Notes under the pieces: model-generated | Databases searched by the model: none | What the model was told of the DNA's origin: nothing | What the model saw: only the letters and a program-made list of their open reading frames with translations | Translations under genes and position numbers: made by a program | NCBI GenBank assembly: GCA_036154155.1 | Contig: JAYZLP010000020.1 | Location: forward strand, 13,849 to 77,848 | Direction of reading: 5' to 3' | DNA length: 64,000 bases | Origin: Thermoplasmatota archaeon | Lineage (GTDB): Archaea > Thermoplasmatota > Poseidoniia > Poseidoniales > Thalassarchaeaceae | In this document: in pieces, positions 1 to 9,031 of the stretch | How the letters are laid out: each line of letters begins with the position of its first letter | Numbering within the stretch: the stretch's first letter is position 1

Positions 1-1
1 G

Positions 2-238
2 AATGTCCAGAAGGCCTACGAAGCGCTCAGGTTCACTGCCGGGAACTTCTACATCAACGACAAGCCGACCGGTGCCGTGGTGGCCCAGCAGCCGTTCGGA
101 GGGGCCAGGGCATCGGGCACAAACGACAAGGCAGGGGGCCCACTCAACCTACTCAGGTGGATCTCGCCACGCTCCGTAAAGAGGACTTTGGACATACCGC
201 AGGACTGGACCTACCCGTTCATGGGAGCGGACGAATAA
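2..238 (+). CDS. C-terminal fragment of 1-pyrroline-5-carboxylate / aldehyde dehydrogenase (window starts inside gene)
   Basis: Frame-2 translation ...NFYINDKPTGAVVAQQPFGGARASGTNDKAGGPLNLLRWISPRSVKRTLDIPQDWTYPFMGADE* matches the conserved C-terminus of P5C dehydrogenase (FGGxRxSGTNDKAG). Confidence 0.75.
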   Translation, partial: NVQKAYEALRFTAGNFYINDKPTGAVVAQQPFGGARASGTNDKAGGPLNLLRWISPRSVKRTLDIPQDWTYPFMGADE

Positions 239-358
239 GGGTCCCAACATTGAATATCCTGTTTCCCAAGTGGTGGTCAGGGGAGCTTAGTGCTGAGAGG
301 TCGCCGCGAGGCGACGACCCTTTTACCTGATCTGGGTAATGCCAGCGGAGGGAGAGAA

Positions 359-1822
359 ATGGATACGAACATCGCATACGGATTGATGATTGCAACGCTG
401 GGTGTCTTCGGTTACATCGGATACCAAGCATCGAATGCCAAGGAGATCGGGGCCGATGACTACCTCTCAGCCAGGGGCTCGCAGGACTGGCTGCGAATCG
501 GGCTGAGCCTGTTCGCCTCCGGGATGGGTATATGGATCCTTTTCGCCCCATCGGAGGTCGGCTACTACGGCGGGTTCTGGGATGTCGTCGGCTACGCCGT
601 CTCCGCGTCCACGCCATTTCTACTTCTGGCGTACGTAGGGCCGATGATCCGTGCGAGGCTGCCGTCGGGAGTGACTCTGGCTGACTATGTGCGCATCCGC
701 CTAGGCAGGCCAATGCAGGTCTATGTGGGATTGATTTCGGTGCTGTACATGTTCACCTTCCTGTTCGCCGAGTTCACTGCAATCGGCAAGGGGATGAAGA
801 CCCTCTCTGGGATGGAGCCGCTAATCCCCATGGCATTGGTGGGGGTTGTCACCGCAGGGTACGTATCGAGAGGCGGCCTTCCAGCATCCCTGGCGACCGA
901 CAGAGTCCAAGCATGGACCATCATGTTCCTTGTGGTGGCCCTGCTGCTCGTTCTTTTCGGCGGAGACATCGGGGGGCTGATTGATGATGCCAGGGCATAC
1001 AACCCCGAAGACTCCTGGAGCATCGGGTCTATGTCGAACATGGACTCTTTCGAATCGGGCCTGGCTCTGATCGTCGCTATCACCGCTGCTGAGATGTTCT
1101 CCCAGGGAAACTGGCAGCGGGCGTGGGCGTCTGAATCCGACGAGGCCCTGGCCAAGGGGGCATGGCTCGCTGCGGCCCTCGTCCTCCCGCTGGTATTCGT
1201 GATGGGCGTCCTCGGGACCGTCGTCGCTGGGCAGGGGGCCGTTACCGAACCATCTGCAGCCTTCTTCTACCTGATTGAGGATGCCGGTGTTCTGTTTGTA
1301 GCCGCATTCATCGTCCTTGCAATCGCTCTGGTATGCTCCAGCGTCGATACCCTGCAAAATGCCATTGTGGCTTCGATATCAAGAGATCTCAGTGATAGCA
1401 CGATGAGCCTTCAGAATGCACGTTACTTGACAATCGGCATGATTCCCATAGCAATCTATCTGGCCACTGGGCCAACACTTCCTTTCACTATACCTCTAAT
1501 CGGAATATCCGCCTTCGATGCAGGAGGCGTGTTTCAGATATTCCTGTTCGCCGACCTGCTAGCAGCTGCAACGGTGATGCCGGTCCTACTCACCCTGTGG
1601 GAGGGGATATCTTCCAAGGGCGCACTGATTGGCGCTGTCTGCGGGCTGCTCTCCGTGGTCCTCTACGGCGCTTATACCGCGGATATCGGGACTGGTATCG
1701 ATTACGTCTTCTCGCCGACCAACGAGTTCGGCCTAGCGAACCTGCACGTATTCCTCTCAGCGGTCATAGGCTCCTCAATCGTGACGGTCGCTGGGTCCTA
1801 CGCACTCCCTGATGAGGAATGA
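359..1822 (+). CDS. Sodium:solute symporter family (SSS) transporter, possibly proline permease PutP-like
   Basis: Multi-TM protein; DDYLSARGS..GLSLFASGMG and AGYVSRGGL..TD motifs typical of the SSS family; it lies next to the P5C dehydrogenase. Start trimmed to MDTNIAYG. Confidence 0.7.
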   Translation: MDTNIAYGLMIATLGVFGYIGYQASNAKEIGADDYLSARGSQDWLRIGLSLFASGMGIWILFAPSEVGYYGGFWDVVGYAVSASTPFLLLAYVGPMIRARLPSGVTLADYVRIRLGRPMQVYVGLISVLYMFTFLFAEFTAIGKGMKTLSGMEPLIPMALVGVVTAGYVSRGGLPASLATDRVQAWTIMFLVVALLLVLFGGDIGGLIDDARAYNPEDSWSIGSMSNMDSFESGLALIVAITAAEMFSQGNWQRAWASESDEALAKGAWLAAALVLPLVFVMGVLGTVVAGQGAVTEPSAAFFYLIEDAGVLFVAAFIVLAIALVCSSVDTLQNAIVASISRDLSDSTMSLQNARYLTIGMIPIAIYLATGPTLPFTIPLIGISAFDAGGVFQIFLFADLLAAATVMPVLLTLWEGISSKGALIGAVCGLLSVVLYGAYTADIGTGIDYVFSPTNEFGLANLHVFLSAVIGSSIVTVAGSYALPDEE

Positions 1823-1946
1823 GCGGGCCCTGCGCTTTGTTCATGAACGCCCCCCTCTTCGCGAATCCGTGGACACAAGGAAACCCCTCTCAGTACTACT
1901 CCCTTGGAATGATGTCTGGAGGCCGTTGTGGTCCCGCAGGGAGGGC

Positions 1947-2660
1947 ATGGGGGGGTGGATGTTCACCCTATTCGTCTTCATCATTGGTCTGACTTGCGTG
2001 GCTGTCCCCTACTTCGCCTCCAACAACATCGCAGCAAGCTATCTTGGAACAGTTTGGGATCCCGAGATACCATTCGACCGAGACTTCCCCGTGATCAATT
2101 GGATGATCATCCCGTACGCCGCGCTGTACCTGTTCTACCCGGCTACCCTGATAATCGCCCCACGTAACGACAGGGGAAGGATGGAACTCGCCCTGGGAAT
2201 CCAGGGGCTAGCTCTCGCTACGATGTTCTGCGTCTTCTTCTTCATGGCTCTGCCCGCAGAGATAGACCTCAGGGACCAGCTCGATACCCATTGGCTGGAT
2301 CACCCTCCGAACGCGTTGGAGGAGGCGCTCTTCGGCTTCATCCACTTCTCGGATAATCCCTGGAACGCATGGCCGAGCCTCCACATCGTCCACTCGTACC
2401 TCCTGGCCAGGCTGATGACCCTGTGGGTAGTCAGGGAGTACCCGGAGAGCAAGGCGGCCTCGGCATTCCTGGCCATCCTCTGGATCGAGTGGGTGCTCCT
2501 ATGCATAAGCATCCTCGCCACCAAGCAGCACTACCTGTTCGACCTTGTTACCGGCGCATTGGTCGGAGTGGCATGCTGGAGGCTCTTCCTACCCGCTATG
2601 GAGATGGTAGAACAAAGGGGGCCATCGGAGATGGCCACCGAGTCCGGCTGGCAGGACTAG
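1947..2660 (+). CDS. PAP2-superfamily membrane phosphatase/transferase-like protein
   Basis: Polytopic membrane protein with PAP2-like motifs (WPSLHIVHS ... KQHYLFDLVTG). Confidence 0.55.
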   Translation: MGGWMFTLFVFIIGLTCVAVPYFASNNIAASYLGTVWDPEIPFDRDFPVINWMIIPYAALYLFYPATLIIAPRNDRGRMELALGIQGLALATMFCVFFFMALPAEIDLRDQLDTHWLDHPPNALEEALFGFIHFSDNPWNAWPSLHIVHSYLLARLMTLWVVREYPESKAASAFLAILWIEWVLLCISILATKQHYLFDLVTGALVGVACWRLFLPAMEMVEQRGPSEMATESGWQD

Positions 2661-4780
2661 TTGTTGTAGACTATCGGCAGGAACGCGTTGGCCGCTGTCT
2701 CGCAAGCGTTCGCAACGTCATCCATCCTCTGTAGTACCCTGTACATGTGCATGGCTGCGAGGGCCTCATCCTCGCCCTCGCTGAAGACCAGGGACGCTGC
2801 CCTGCCCTCGACCATATCTGCATCGTGCTCGGCCAGGTTCACCTTGTCAATCAGCTCGCCCAGCTTCTCGCGGCCCGCCTTGGTGTATCCGGAAAGGGTC
2901 AGGTCACGGAGTGCCGTGACAGACTCCTCGTACAGGGCAGCGGTCCTCGCCACAGACTCGCCCATCTCCTTCAGGGCGCTCCTTGCCTCTTCGTTGCCGT
3001 AAAGCGGCCTGAACGATAGCTGCTCGGCCACGTTCTGCGCGTAGTCCGCTATCCTGTCCTGCTTGCTCAGCATCTCCATGAAGTCCTCGGACCTCAGGAG
3101 GAGGCTCCACTGGCCAGAGCCAATCGCCTTCCTCAGGTCGTTCTTGATGTTGTCAGCCCTGAGCTCAGCAGCCACCGTGGCCTCTATCTCTTCAGTAGGG
3201 TCCTTTCCGTCAGCAGCCGCGTTTACAGCGACCAGCATGTGCTCGACTGTCTCGTTGACCGCCTCGGCATGAGTGTGGAACAGCTCGAAGTAGGTGGGGG
3301 ATCCGATTTCGGGGCCACCACCAACCTCCGCGAGAGCGTCCTCCACGTGGATCTCATCTCCGCTCGTGCTCCAGATCACGTAAACAACACCGGCTAGCGC
3401 AATGGGTATCACCACCAGTAGCTTGATCGGGTCAGAAGCAACGGCGACGAATATCAATATCGAGCCGAATCCAGCAGCTGGGAGGCTCGCGACCCATGAA
3501 GCGAAGATCTTGCCGAACACCCTGAAGTCGACAGCCTTCGCGCCTCCAGCCAGGCCAACGCCGACCACTGCTCCGACCAGCGTGTGAGTGGTCGAGACAG
3601 GTACTGCGAGGAATGGCATCGAGAAGATCAGTATGGTGGTCGCGGCCCCGAACTCGGCAGCGAAACCCCTCGTGGGAGTGATGTCGGTGATCTTGGTCCC
3701 TATGGTGTCCATGACCCTCCATCCCCAGGTCATCACACCAATCGCTATTCCAGCGCTCCCAAGGAGCACCAGCCAAACGGGAACTTCAGCCGACTCGGCC
3801 AATTCCCCGCCGCTAGACAGGACCTGGTACACTGCCGCCATGGGCCCGATGGCGTTCGACCTGTCGTTAGCCCCATGGGCGAAGGCGACGTAGGCAGCGG
3901 TGATGACCTGCAGCCAGACGAAAATCCTCTCGACCCCGTGGAAGCCGTCCTCCTCTCCCTTGAACTCGTAGTTCCTCAGGACGTAACCGAGGACCGCTGC
4001 CGCAATAACGGCGACAATGCTGGCAAGAATCAGGCTGTTGATCGGGAACCAGGCGTTGGCGTCCATCGGGTTCCAGGAACCGTTCTCCTTGACTGGCAAC
4101 CAGTCGTACTTGCTCTCAATCCATCCCTCTGACTGCGCCCTCGAGAAGAAACCCTTCAGGGCCTTGAACTGGAGCGCCAGCCCTAGGACGAAGAATGTAG
4201 GTACAGCCAGTATCGGTGCGAGCCACCTGGATCTCCCAATCGGGTCGTCGGCCTCGAGGATCGTCTCCCTCACTATGAAGAAAGTGAAGAACGCCAGGAG
4301 GGCGCCCATCAGTGGGCTAGCCACCCAGGACATCACGACCTTCTGGATGACCTCCCAGTCGATCAGGGAGGTGTCATGCTGAACCTCGAGAACCAGTCCC
4401 ACACCGACAATACCGCCGATTATGCTGTGAGTTGTGGATACGGGCAGCCCGTATCTGGTTGCTACGGTAAGCCAAACCGCGGCAGCCATCATGGCCGCAA
4501 TGAACCCGTACATCAGATCGTTCGCGAAGCTTTCCGTGACCGTCTCGAAGTCCACAGAGAGGATGCCCTTTCGCACGGTGTCCGTAACCGCGTCACCAGC
4601 GAAGAACGCACCTGCGAACTCGAATATGGCGGCTATGATCACTGCCTGCTTGAGCGTAAGGGCCCTTGACCCGACAGACGTACCCATTGCATTGGCAACA
4701 TCATTAGCTCCGATGTTCCATGCCATGTAGGCACAAACCACCAAAGATACAATCAGGACTAGCGTCATTATCGGTTCCAT
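2657..4780 (-). CDS. pit: Inorganic phosphate transporter PiT family fused to C-terminal PhoU/DUF47-like domain
   Basis: N-terminus NIGANDVANAMGTSVGSRALT and internal GANDRSNAIGP are PiT signature repeats. The last ~210 aa are helical and acidic, PhoU/DUF47-like (..LRSEDFMEMLSKQDRIADYAQNV..). Confidence 0.8.
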   Translation of the reverse strand: MEPIMTLVLIVSLVVCAYMAWNIGANDVANAMGTSVGSRALTLKQAVIIAAIFEFAGAFFAGDAVTDTVRKGILSVDFETVTESFANDLMYGFIAAMMAAAVWLTVATRYGLPVSTTHSIIGGIVGVGLVLEVQHDTSLIDWEVIQKVVMSWVASPLMGALLAFFTFFIVRETILEADDPIGRSRWLAPILAVPTFFVLGLALQFKALKGFFSRAQSEGWIESKYDWLPVKENGSWNPMDANAWFPINSLILASIVAVIAAAVLGYVLRNYEFKGEEDGFHGVERIFVWLQVITAAYVAFAHGANDRSNAIGPMAAVYQVLSSGGELAESAEVPVWLVLLGSAGIAIGVMTWGWRVMDTIGTKITDITPTRGFAAEFGAATTILIFSMPFLAVPVSTTHTLVGAVVGVGLAGGAKAVDFRVFGKIFASWVASLPAAGFGSILIFVAVASDPIKLLVVIPIALAGVVYVIWSTSGDEIHVEDALAEVGGGPEIGSPTYFELFHTHAEAVNETVEHMLVAVNAAADGKDPTEEIEATVAAELRADNIKNDLRKAIGSGQWSLLLRSEDFMEMLSKQDRIADYAQNVAEQLSFRPLYGNEEARSALKEMGESVARTAALYEESVTALRDLTLSGYTKAGREKLGELIDKVNLAEHDADMVEGRAASLVFSEGEDEALAAMHMYRVLQRMDDVANACETAANAFLPIVYNN

Positions 4781-4901
4781 GGCCCCTTGCGATAAATGAC
4801 AGGTATATTGATTTACAAATATATTTTCTATATAGTTATCTTAATATCGTTACACTAGAAGGCTACTATAACTATTTATTTAGACTCCACCTCGGAAGTA
4901 C
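4781..4901. promoter_or_regulatory. AT-rich divergent promoter region between pit (-) and the AbrB-PhoU regulator (+)
   Basis: 121-nt stretch of very low GC (tttacaaatatattttctatatagttatcttaatatcg) in an otherwise GC-rich window, with several TATA-like boxes on both strands. Confidence 0.4.
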
Positions 4902-5966
4902 GTGAATCATGAGGGAGCACCTAAGTCAGAGGTAAGGAGATTACAACAGACTGGTGGTTCCACATTCATAGTCAGTCTGCCTAAGAAGTGGGTTACAGAA
5001 CATGGTTTGGCTGCCAAGGACCACGTGCGAATAGAGTGGCGTCCATCGGGAACCCTGAGAGTGATTCCAGAAGCATCATCCATTAGCAGACGTAGGGAGG
5101 TGGCAATAGATCTTGACGATGTTCCAGAGAACATGGTGTTCGATCACCTAGTAGCAGCTTATTTGGCAGGCACTCAGGTGATTAGAATACGTTCAACCTC
5201 CGGATTCTCTCGAACAGAGAGGAAGATATTCCGGAAATTCGTCAATACCTCAAGAGGCGTCGACATATCATCGGAAAGTGAAAACTCGATAGAGATGATA
5301 AGTCTACTGAGTCCTTCGGAGATGCCACTCTACTCAAGTCTGAATAGGATGTATCTCCTAATCCTGAGTCAAATTAGAGATGTCGTAGACGTTCTTGGAG
5401 GTTCAGATAAGGAAGTTCTAGAGGACTGCCATGAAAGAGAGCAGGAGGTGGACGCGATTAGGCTACTTCTTGAGAGGCAGGTAGGGCAGATATTGGAGTC
5501 TGCTAGTATCGAGGACTCTTTGGGGACTTCGAGATGGGAGGCGTCGGAATTGGGAAAAGTCGTTAGGACGATGGAAAGAATGGGCGATCACTCATATGCT
5601 CTTTGCAAATTAACTTTGGAGAGGGAGGACAGCAGTCAATTGTCGATCGAAGAAACACCCTTGGATGCAATTCCGGTGTGGCAGGAATCGATTAAACTCC
5701 TTATCTCTAACTTTCGGAAGAGAAAGGTATCCGAGATTCACTTGGCCAAGGAGAGACTTTCTTCAGCCTTAGTGGGTCTCGAGGATTTCGAGACACAACT
5801 CAGATCTAGTTCTATGGAAATCTCAGAAGCCCTATTCCTGGACCGTATTTCTGAGTCTCTAAGGAGGATATGTGCCTATTCCATAAACATGAGCGAGATT
5901 TTACTGAATATTCAATCTCACAGAGATTCCTTTGAGGTTTCTTCCCCTCAATTTGGTAGAATTTAG
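4902..5966 (+). CDS. phoU: Phosphate uptake regulator, PhoU-like domain with N-terminal SpoVT/AbrB DNA-binding domain
   Basis: N-terminal LQQTGGSTFIVSLPKKWV is a swapped-hairpin AbrB-like motif. The rest is a helical PhoU-like repeat architecture. It sits next to pit. Confidence 0.7.
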   Translation: MNHEGAPKSEVRRLQQTGGSTFIVSLPKKWVTEHGLAAKDHVRIEWRPSGTLRVIPEASSISRRREVAIDLDDVPENMVFDHLVAAYLAGTQVIRIRSTSGFSRTERKIFRKFVNTSRGVDISSESENSIEMISLLSPSEMPLYSSLNRMYLLILSQIRDVVDVLGGSDKEVLEDCHEREQEVDAIRLLLERQVGQILESASIEDSLGTSRWEASELGKVVRTMERMGDHSYALCKLTLEREDSSQLSIEETPLDAIPVWQESIKLLISNFRKRKVSEIHLAKERLSSALVGLEDFETQLRSSSMEISEALFLDRISESLRRICAYSINMSEILLNIQSHRDSFEVSSPQFGRI

Positions 5967-6691
5967 GCCACTGACTCGAGTATGTAGAAAGCACCGCTGG
6001 CAACTATTCCCGACATCACAATATTACGGATCAACTCCGACTTCATTGTCTCCAACCACCTCTTGCCAACCCTGACTCCAAGCAGGGCTGCTACCACCAA
6101 AATGGCAGTCAGTTGGAGGTGCTCCACAATCTCGTCCGGCCTGAAGAACAGGTAGACGGGAATCCGCGATAGGTCCACGCAAAGCGCCAGGACGCTAGCC
6201 GTGGCGGCGTACGCCATCTTGTCGCTCAGCCTCCTTGTCAGGAACATTGCCCTAAGGGCGCCCTGGTGCCCTGAAAGGCCCCCCATGAATCCGGAACCGA
6301 AGCCACCCACCCTGTCATTCGCCTCAGGAATCCTGTACCCGGTCCACGACTCGCTGAGGGTGAGTATCGGCAGCAGCACCAGGAAGACGCCTATCACGGC
6401 CAGTAACGGGTCCTGCGGTACCTGGTTCTGAAGCAGCGCCCCCATGATTGACCCCGCGACCAGCCATACCCCGTAGTGCCGGAACGCGGAGAGGTCGACG
6501 CTTTCCCTCAGTGCAACGAACTTCCCGGCGTTGTGGGCGCCATGGACCACCGCAACGACGGCAACCGCCTCGTGGGGCCCCATCATGAGCAGAACAACCG
6601 GCGTCAGCATGGTCGACAGCCCGAACCCGGCAGGCACCGTCAGCGCGGCTGCTAGGAAGCAACCGAGGAAAGCGAGCACCACCATCTCCAT
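5963..6691 (-). CDS. TauE/SafE (DUF81) family membrane transporter
   Basis: Hydrophobic 243-aa protein with a G-rich TM pattern (GFGSGFMGGLSGHQGALRAMFL) typical of the sulfite-exporter TauE family. Start trimmed to MEMVVLAF. Confidence 0.65.
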   Translation of the reverse strand: MEMVVLAFLGCFLAAALTVPAGFGLSTMLTPVVLLMMGPHEAVAVVAVVHGAHNAGKFVALRESVDLSAFRHYGVWLVAGSIMGALLQNQVPQDPLLAVIGVFLVLLPILTLSESWTGYRIPEANDRVGGFGSGFMGGLSGHQGALRAMFLTRRLSDKMAYAATASVLALCVDLSRIPVYLFFRPDEIVEHLQLTAILVVAALLGVRVGKRWLETMKSELIRNIVMSGIVASGAFYILESVA

Positions 6692-6699
6692 TCTCGCAC

Positions 6700-8148
6700 C
6701 TAACCGAGGATCCCTGAGACCAGTGCCGGCTGGGTCAGGTAGGCGAGGAGCCCCGCACCTGCGAACATCATCATCCAAGCGCCAGTAGCCTTGACGACCC
6801 CTGTCGACCTCCTGAGGAAGTCCAGCATGGCCTGCCTGCCCGTCCCTACGAGGGCAGTCACGGTGACCATCAGGATGGTGGCGGAGAGTATCAGGCCCAG
6901 CATGCCCGAGAGGAACGCGCCGTCACCGACCACAGTGAGCCATGCTACGAACGGGAACACGGCCGCCGCCGTGCAGTCCACAGAGGCGGCGCTGTACCCT
7001 ATGCCCCACAGGAACATGTTCCTGCGCGGAGTGAATCTCTCGTCGGACTCGTCAGTCTGGTACTTGTCCAGCGCCCTCTGGACCCATGCCAAGAGGTGGG
7101 ACGTCCATCCGAGCAGCATCATCCCGCCTAGGATGAGCAGCAGCCATGCTATCGCCACCGCGATGTCGTGCAGGGCCCCCGAGAGGTCAACGATCCCGTC
7201 CAAGCCGAAGATTATCGCTCCTACCGCCGTGAAGAACGCCAGTTGCCCGAGGGCAGCGAACAGGCCCACCTCGACGGGCCTCGGCATGCTACCGGTTATC
7301 TTCCCCGCCTCGATCAGCTCGTCCTGCCTCATCCCGAGGTTCAGGTAGTAGGTGATGTACGACGGTAGTACGGGGAACGCGCATGGGGAGAAGTAGACCA
7401 GCACCCCTAGGAAAAGCCCGATCAGGAACACGCCCGCCATCGAGCTGTCGGGCTTCTCTATGCCGAACCTGAGTGACTCGGCATCTCCCTCGTTAGCCCT
7501 CTCGATCGCTGAATCGAAGGACGACCAGCCATCGAGTGGCGTCCCAGTGCTCTCCTTGGCGACCGCATAGCCCTCGTGGTCTATCACAAGGACTAGGGGG
7601 ATGGCCTGTGCGAAGTAGTGCTCGACCAGGTCCCCCCTGGTGCCGTCATCGAGGATCACCGAATCAGGCCCCCCGTTCGCAACTGGCCAACTCATGTGCT
7701 TGTCTGAATCCGAGTCTCCGAAGGTAGAGTTGATCCTGTCGAAATCCTCGTACGCGTACCACGTGGCCACAGACAGGGCGATTACTGGGTAATCCCCGTC
7801 GAGATTCCCCCATTCGCCAATATTCCTGTCTATGTGCTCCTGGACGTAGTGGCAGTTAGCGCAATCCACGGCCATGAAGTCCAGGACGACCACGTTGCCT
7901 CGCAGGTCACTAAGGCGAATCACTCCGGAATCGTCGGCTATCAGGTCGTCAATGCCAGTCCTGTTCATCGATTCGACTTCGAAGTCAGGTACTACAACGG
8001 CGTTTTCGCTTACCCCATATGCGGAGGAGGATAGGCCGAAAAGGCTGAGCGAAGAGTACCCGATGATGCAGAACAGGACGACGCCCACGCCGAACCCCCT
8101 CCAGGTGTCCCCTTCCCGGAGGACGCCGAAGTCAAGTCCCGCAGCCAT
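6700..8148 (-). CDS. Thioredoxin-like domain fused to CcdA/DsbD-type transmembrane thiol:disulfide electron transporter
   Basis: N-terminal exported Trx-fold with CxxC (VLDFMAVDCANCH). C-terminal half carries the CcdA motifs FSPCAFPVLPSY and a second TM cysteine (SAASVDCTAAAV). Confidence 0.75.
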   Translation of the reverse strand: MAAGLDFGVLREGDTWRGFGVGVVLFCIIGYSSLSLFGLSSSAYGVSENAVVVPDFEVESMNRTGIDDLIADDSGVIRLSDLRGNVVVLDFMAVDCANCHYVQEHIDRNIGEWGNLDGDYPVIALSVATWYAYEDFDRINSTFGDSDSDKHMSWPVANGGPDSVILDDGTRGDLVEHYFAQAIPLVLVIDHEGYAVAKESTGTPLDGWSSFDSAIERANEGDAESLRFGIEKPDSSMAGVFLIGLFLGVLVYFSPCAFPVLPSYITYYLNLGMRQDELIEAGKITGSMPRPVEVGLFAALGQLAFFTAVGAIIFGLDGIVDLSGALHDIAVAIAWLLLILGGMMLLGWTSHLLAWVQRALDKYQTDESDERFTPRRNMFLWGIGYSAASVDCTAAAVFPFVAWLTVVGDGAFLSGMLGLILSATILMVTVTALVGTGRQAMLDFLRRSTGVVKATGAWMMMFAGAGLLAYLTQPALVSGILG

Positions 8149-8245
8149 GAATGCCCGAATCGGGCCGGACTTTTGATTCCGGCGGGAGAAGGCGCCCTTG
8201 GTGCGTCATCATGCTTATCGTGAGGATTCAGCCCGCATGCACCCG

Positions 8246-8321
8246 GGGCTCGTGGTCTAGGGGTTATGACGTCGCCTTCACATGGCGAAGATCGCAGGTT
8301 CAATTCCTGCCGAGCCCACCA
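8246..8321 (+). tRNA. tRNA-Val (anticodon CAC), CCA encoded
   Basis: Cloverleaf: acceptor gggctcg/cgagccc, anticodon stem tcgcc/ggcga with loop ttCACat, T-arm gcagg-ttcaatt-cctgc. Confidence 0.85.
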
Positions 8322-9023
8322 TCAGCCCAGAATGTCGTCAAGCAGAGATGATGCCCCTATCCTGAGCCTGCTTCTCCCATGGATTCCTGCCTCATTAGAA
8401 TCCACGATTCCGACCAATCTCTCGACGTCTTCCATGGTCCTGATCCCCCCTGAAAGCTTGACGCCCCTCTCCTCGCCCATCGTAACCGAATGGCGCTTCA
8501 CCTCGAAGGAGAGTAATCGGGCGTCCTCATCGCTGCAAGCCCCCCTCATGCCTGTGCAGCTTTTCACGAAGTCGGCCCCAGACGCCAGTACCATGCGAGT
8601 CACTGCTCTGATGTCGTGCTCCCCAAGTAGAGGAGTCTCTATGATTACCTTGAGGGCCCGTCCGGCCGATGCATCCCTCATCGCCTTGAGTAAGGCCAGG
8701 TCCCGCTCGCCCGGAAAGTCGTCCGAGTCACGCGGCTCTAGGACGCAATCGATCTCGTCCGCCCCATGTCTAACCGCCGTTTCAACCGATTCCCGAATCG
8801 AAGAGGCATCGTTCCAGCCCACGGGGAATCCACCAGCCACTGCAGCCACCGAGATCCCTTCATCTAGCAGGCCCCTGACCAATTCAACGTGCTCAGAGAA
8901 TACGCACACGGCTGCAGGCCTGTGTTCGTTCGCCCTCTCGCACAGCATTTCCAAATCTGCATACGAGGCCTCGTGGTCCAGCAATGTGAGGTCCAGTATG
9001 TCGAGAACGCCTCTAGCGTCCAT
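8322..9023 (-). CDS. deoC: Deoxyribose-phosphate aldolase
   Basis: DeoC-type TIM barrel with FVKSCTG and KLSGGIRT Schiff-base lysine motifs; start trimmed to MDARGVLD. Confidence 0.8.
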   Translation of the reverse strand: MDARGVLDILDLTLLDHEASYADLEMLCERANEHRPAAVCVFSEHVELVRGLLDEGISVAAVAGGFPVGWNDASSIRESVETAVRHGADEIDCVLEPRDSDDFPGERDLALLKAMRDASAGRALKVIIETPLLGEHDIRAVTRMVLASGADFVKSCTGMRGACSDEDARLLSFEVKRHSVTMGEERGVKLSGGIRTMEDVERLVGIVDSNEAGIHGRSRLRIGASSLLDDILG

Positions 9024-9031
9024 GAAACCAC

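Noticed and set aside
219-713. 164-aa minus-strand ORF
   Set aside because: Entirely antisense to the SSS symporter; Arg/Ser/Pro-rich low-complexity translation typical of GC-rich antisense frames
821-1357. 178-aa and 144-aa minus-strand ORFs inside the symporter gene
   Set aside because: Antisense to a well-supported membrane protein; no motifs
4781-4901. AT-rich spacer as a replication origin
   Set aside because: No ORB-like inverted repeats and no cdc6/orc gene nearby. More simply explained as a divergent promoter.
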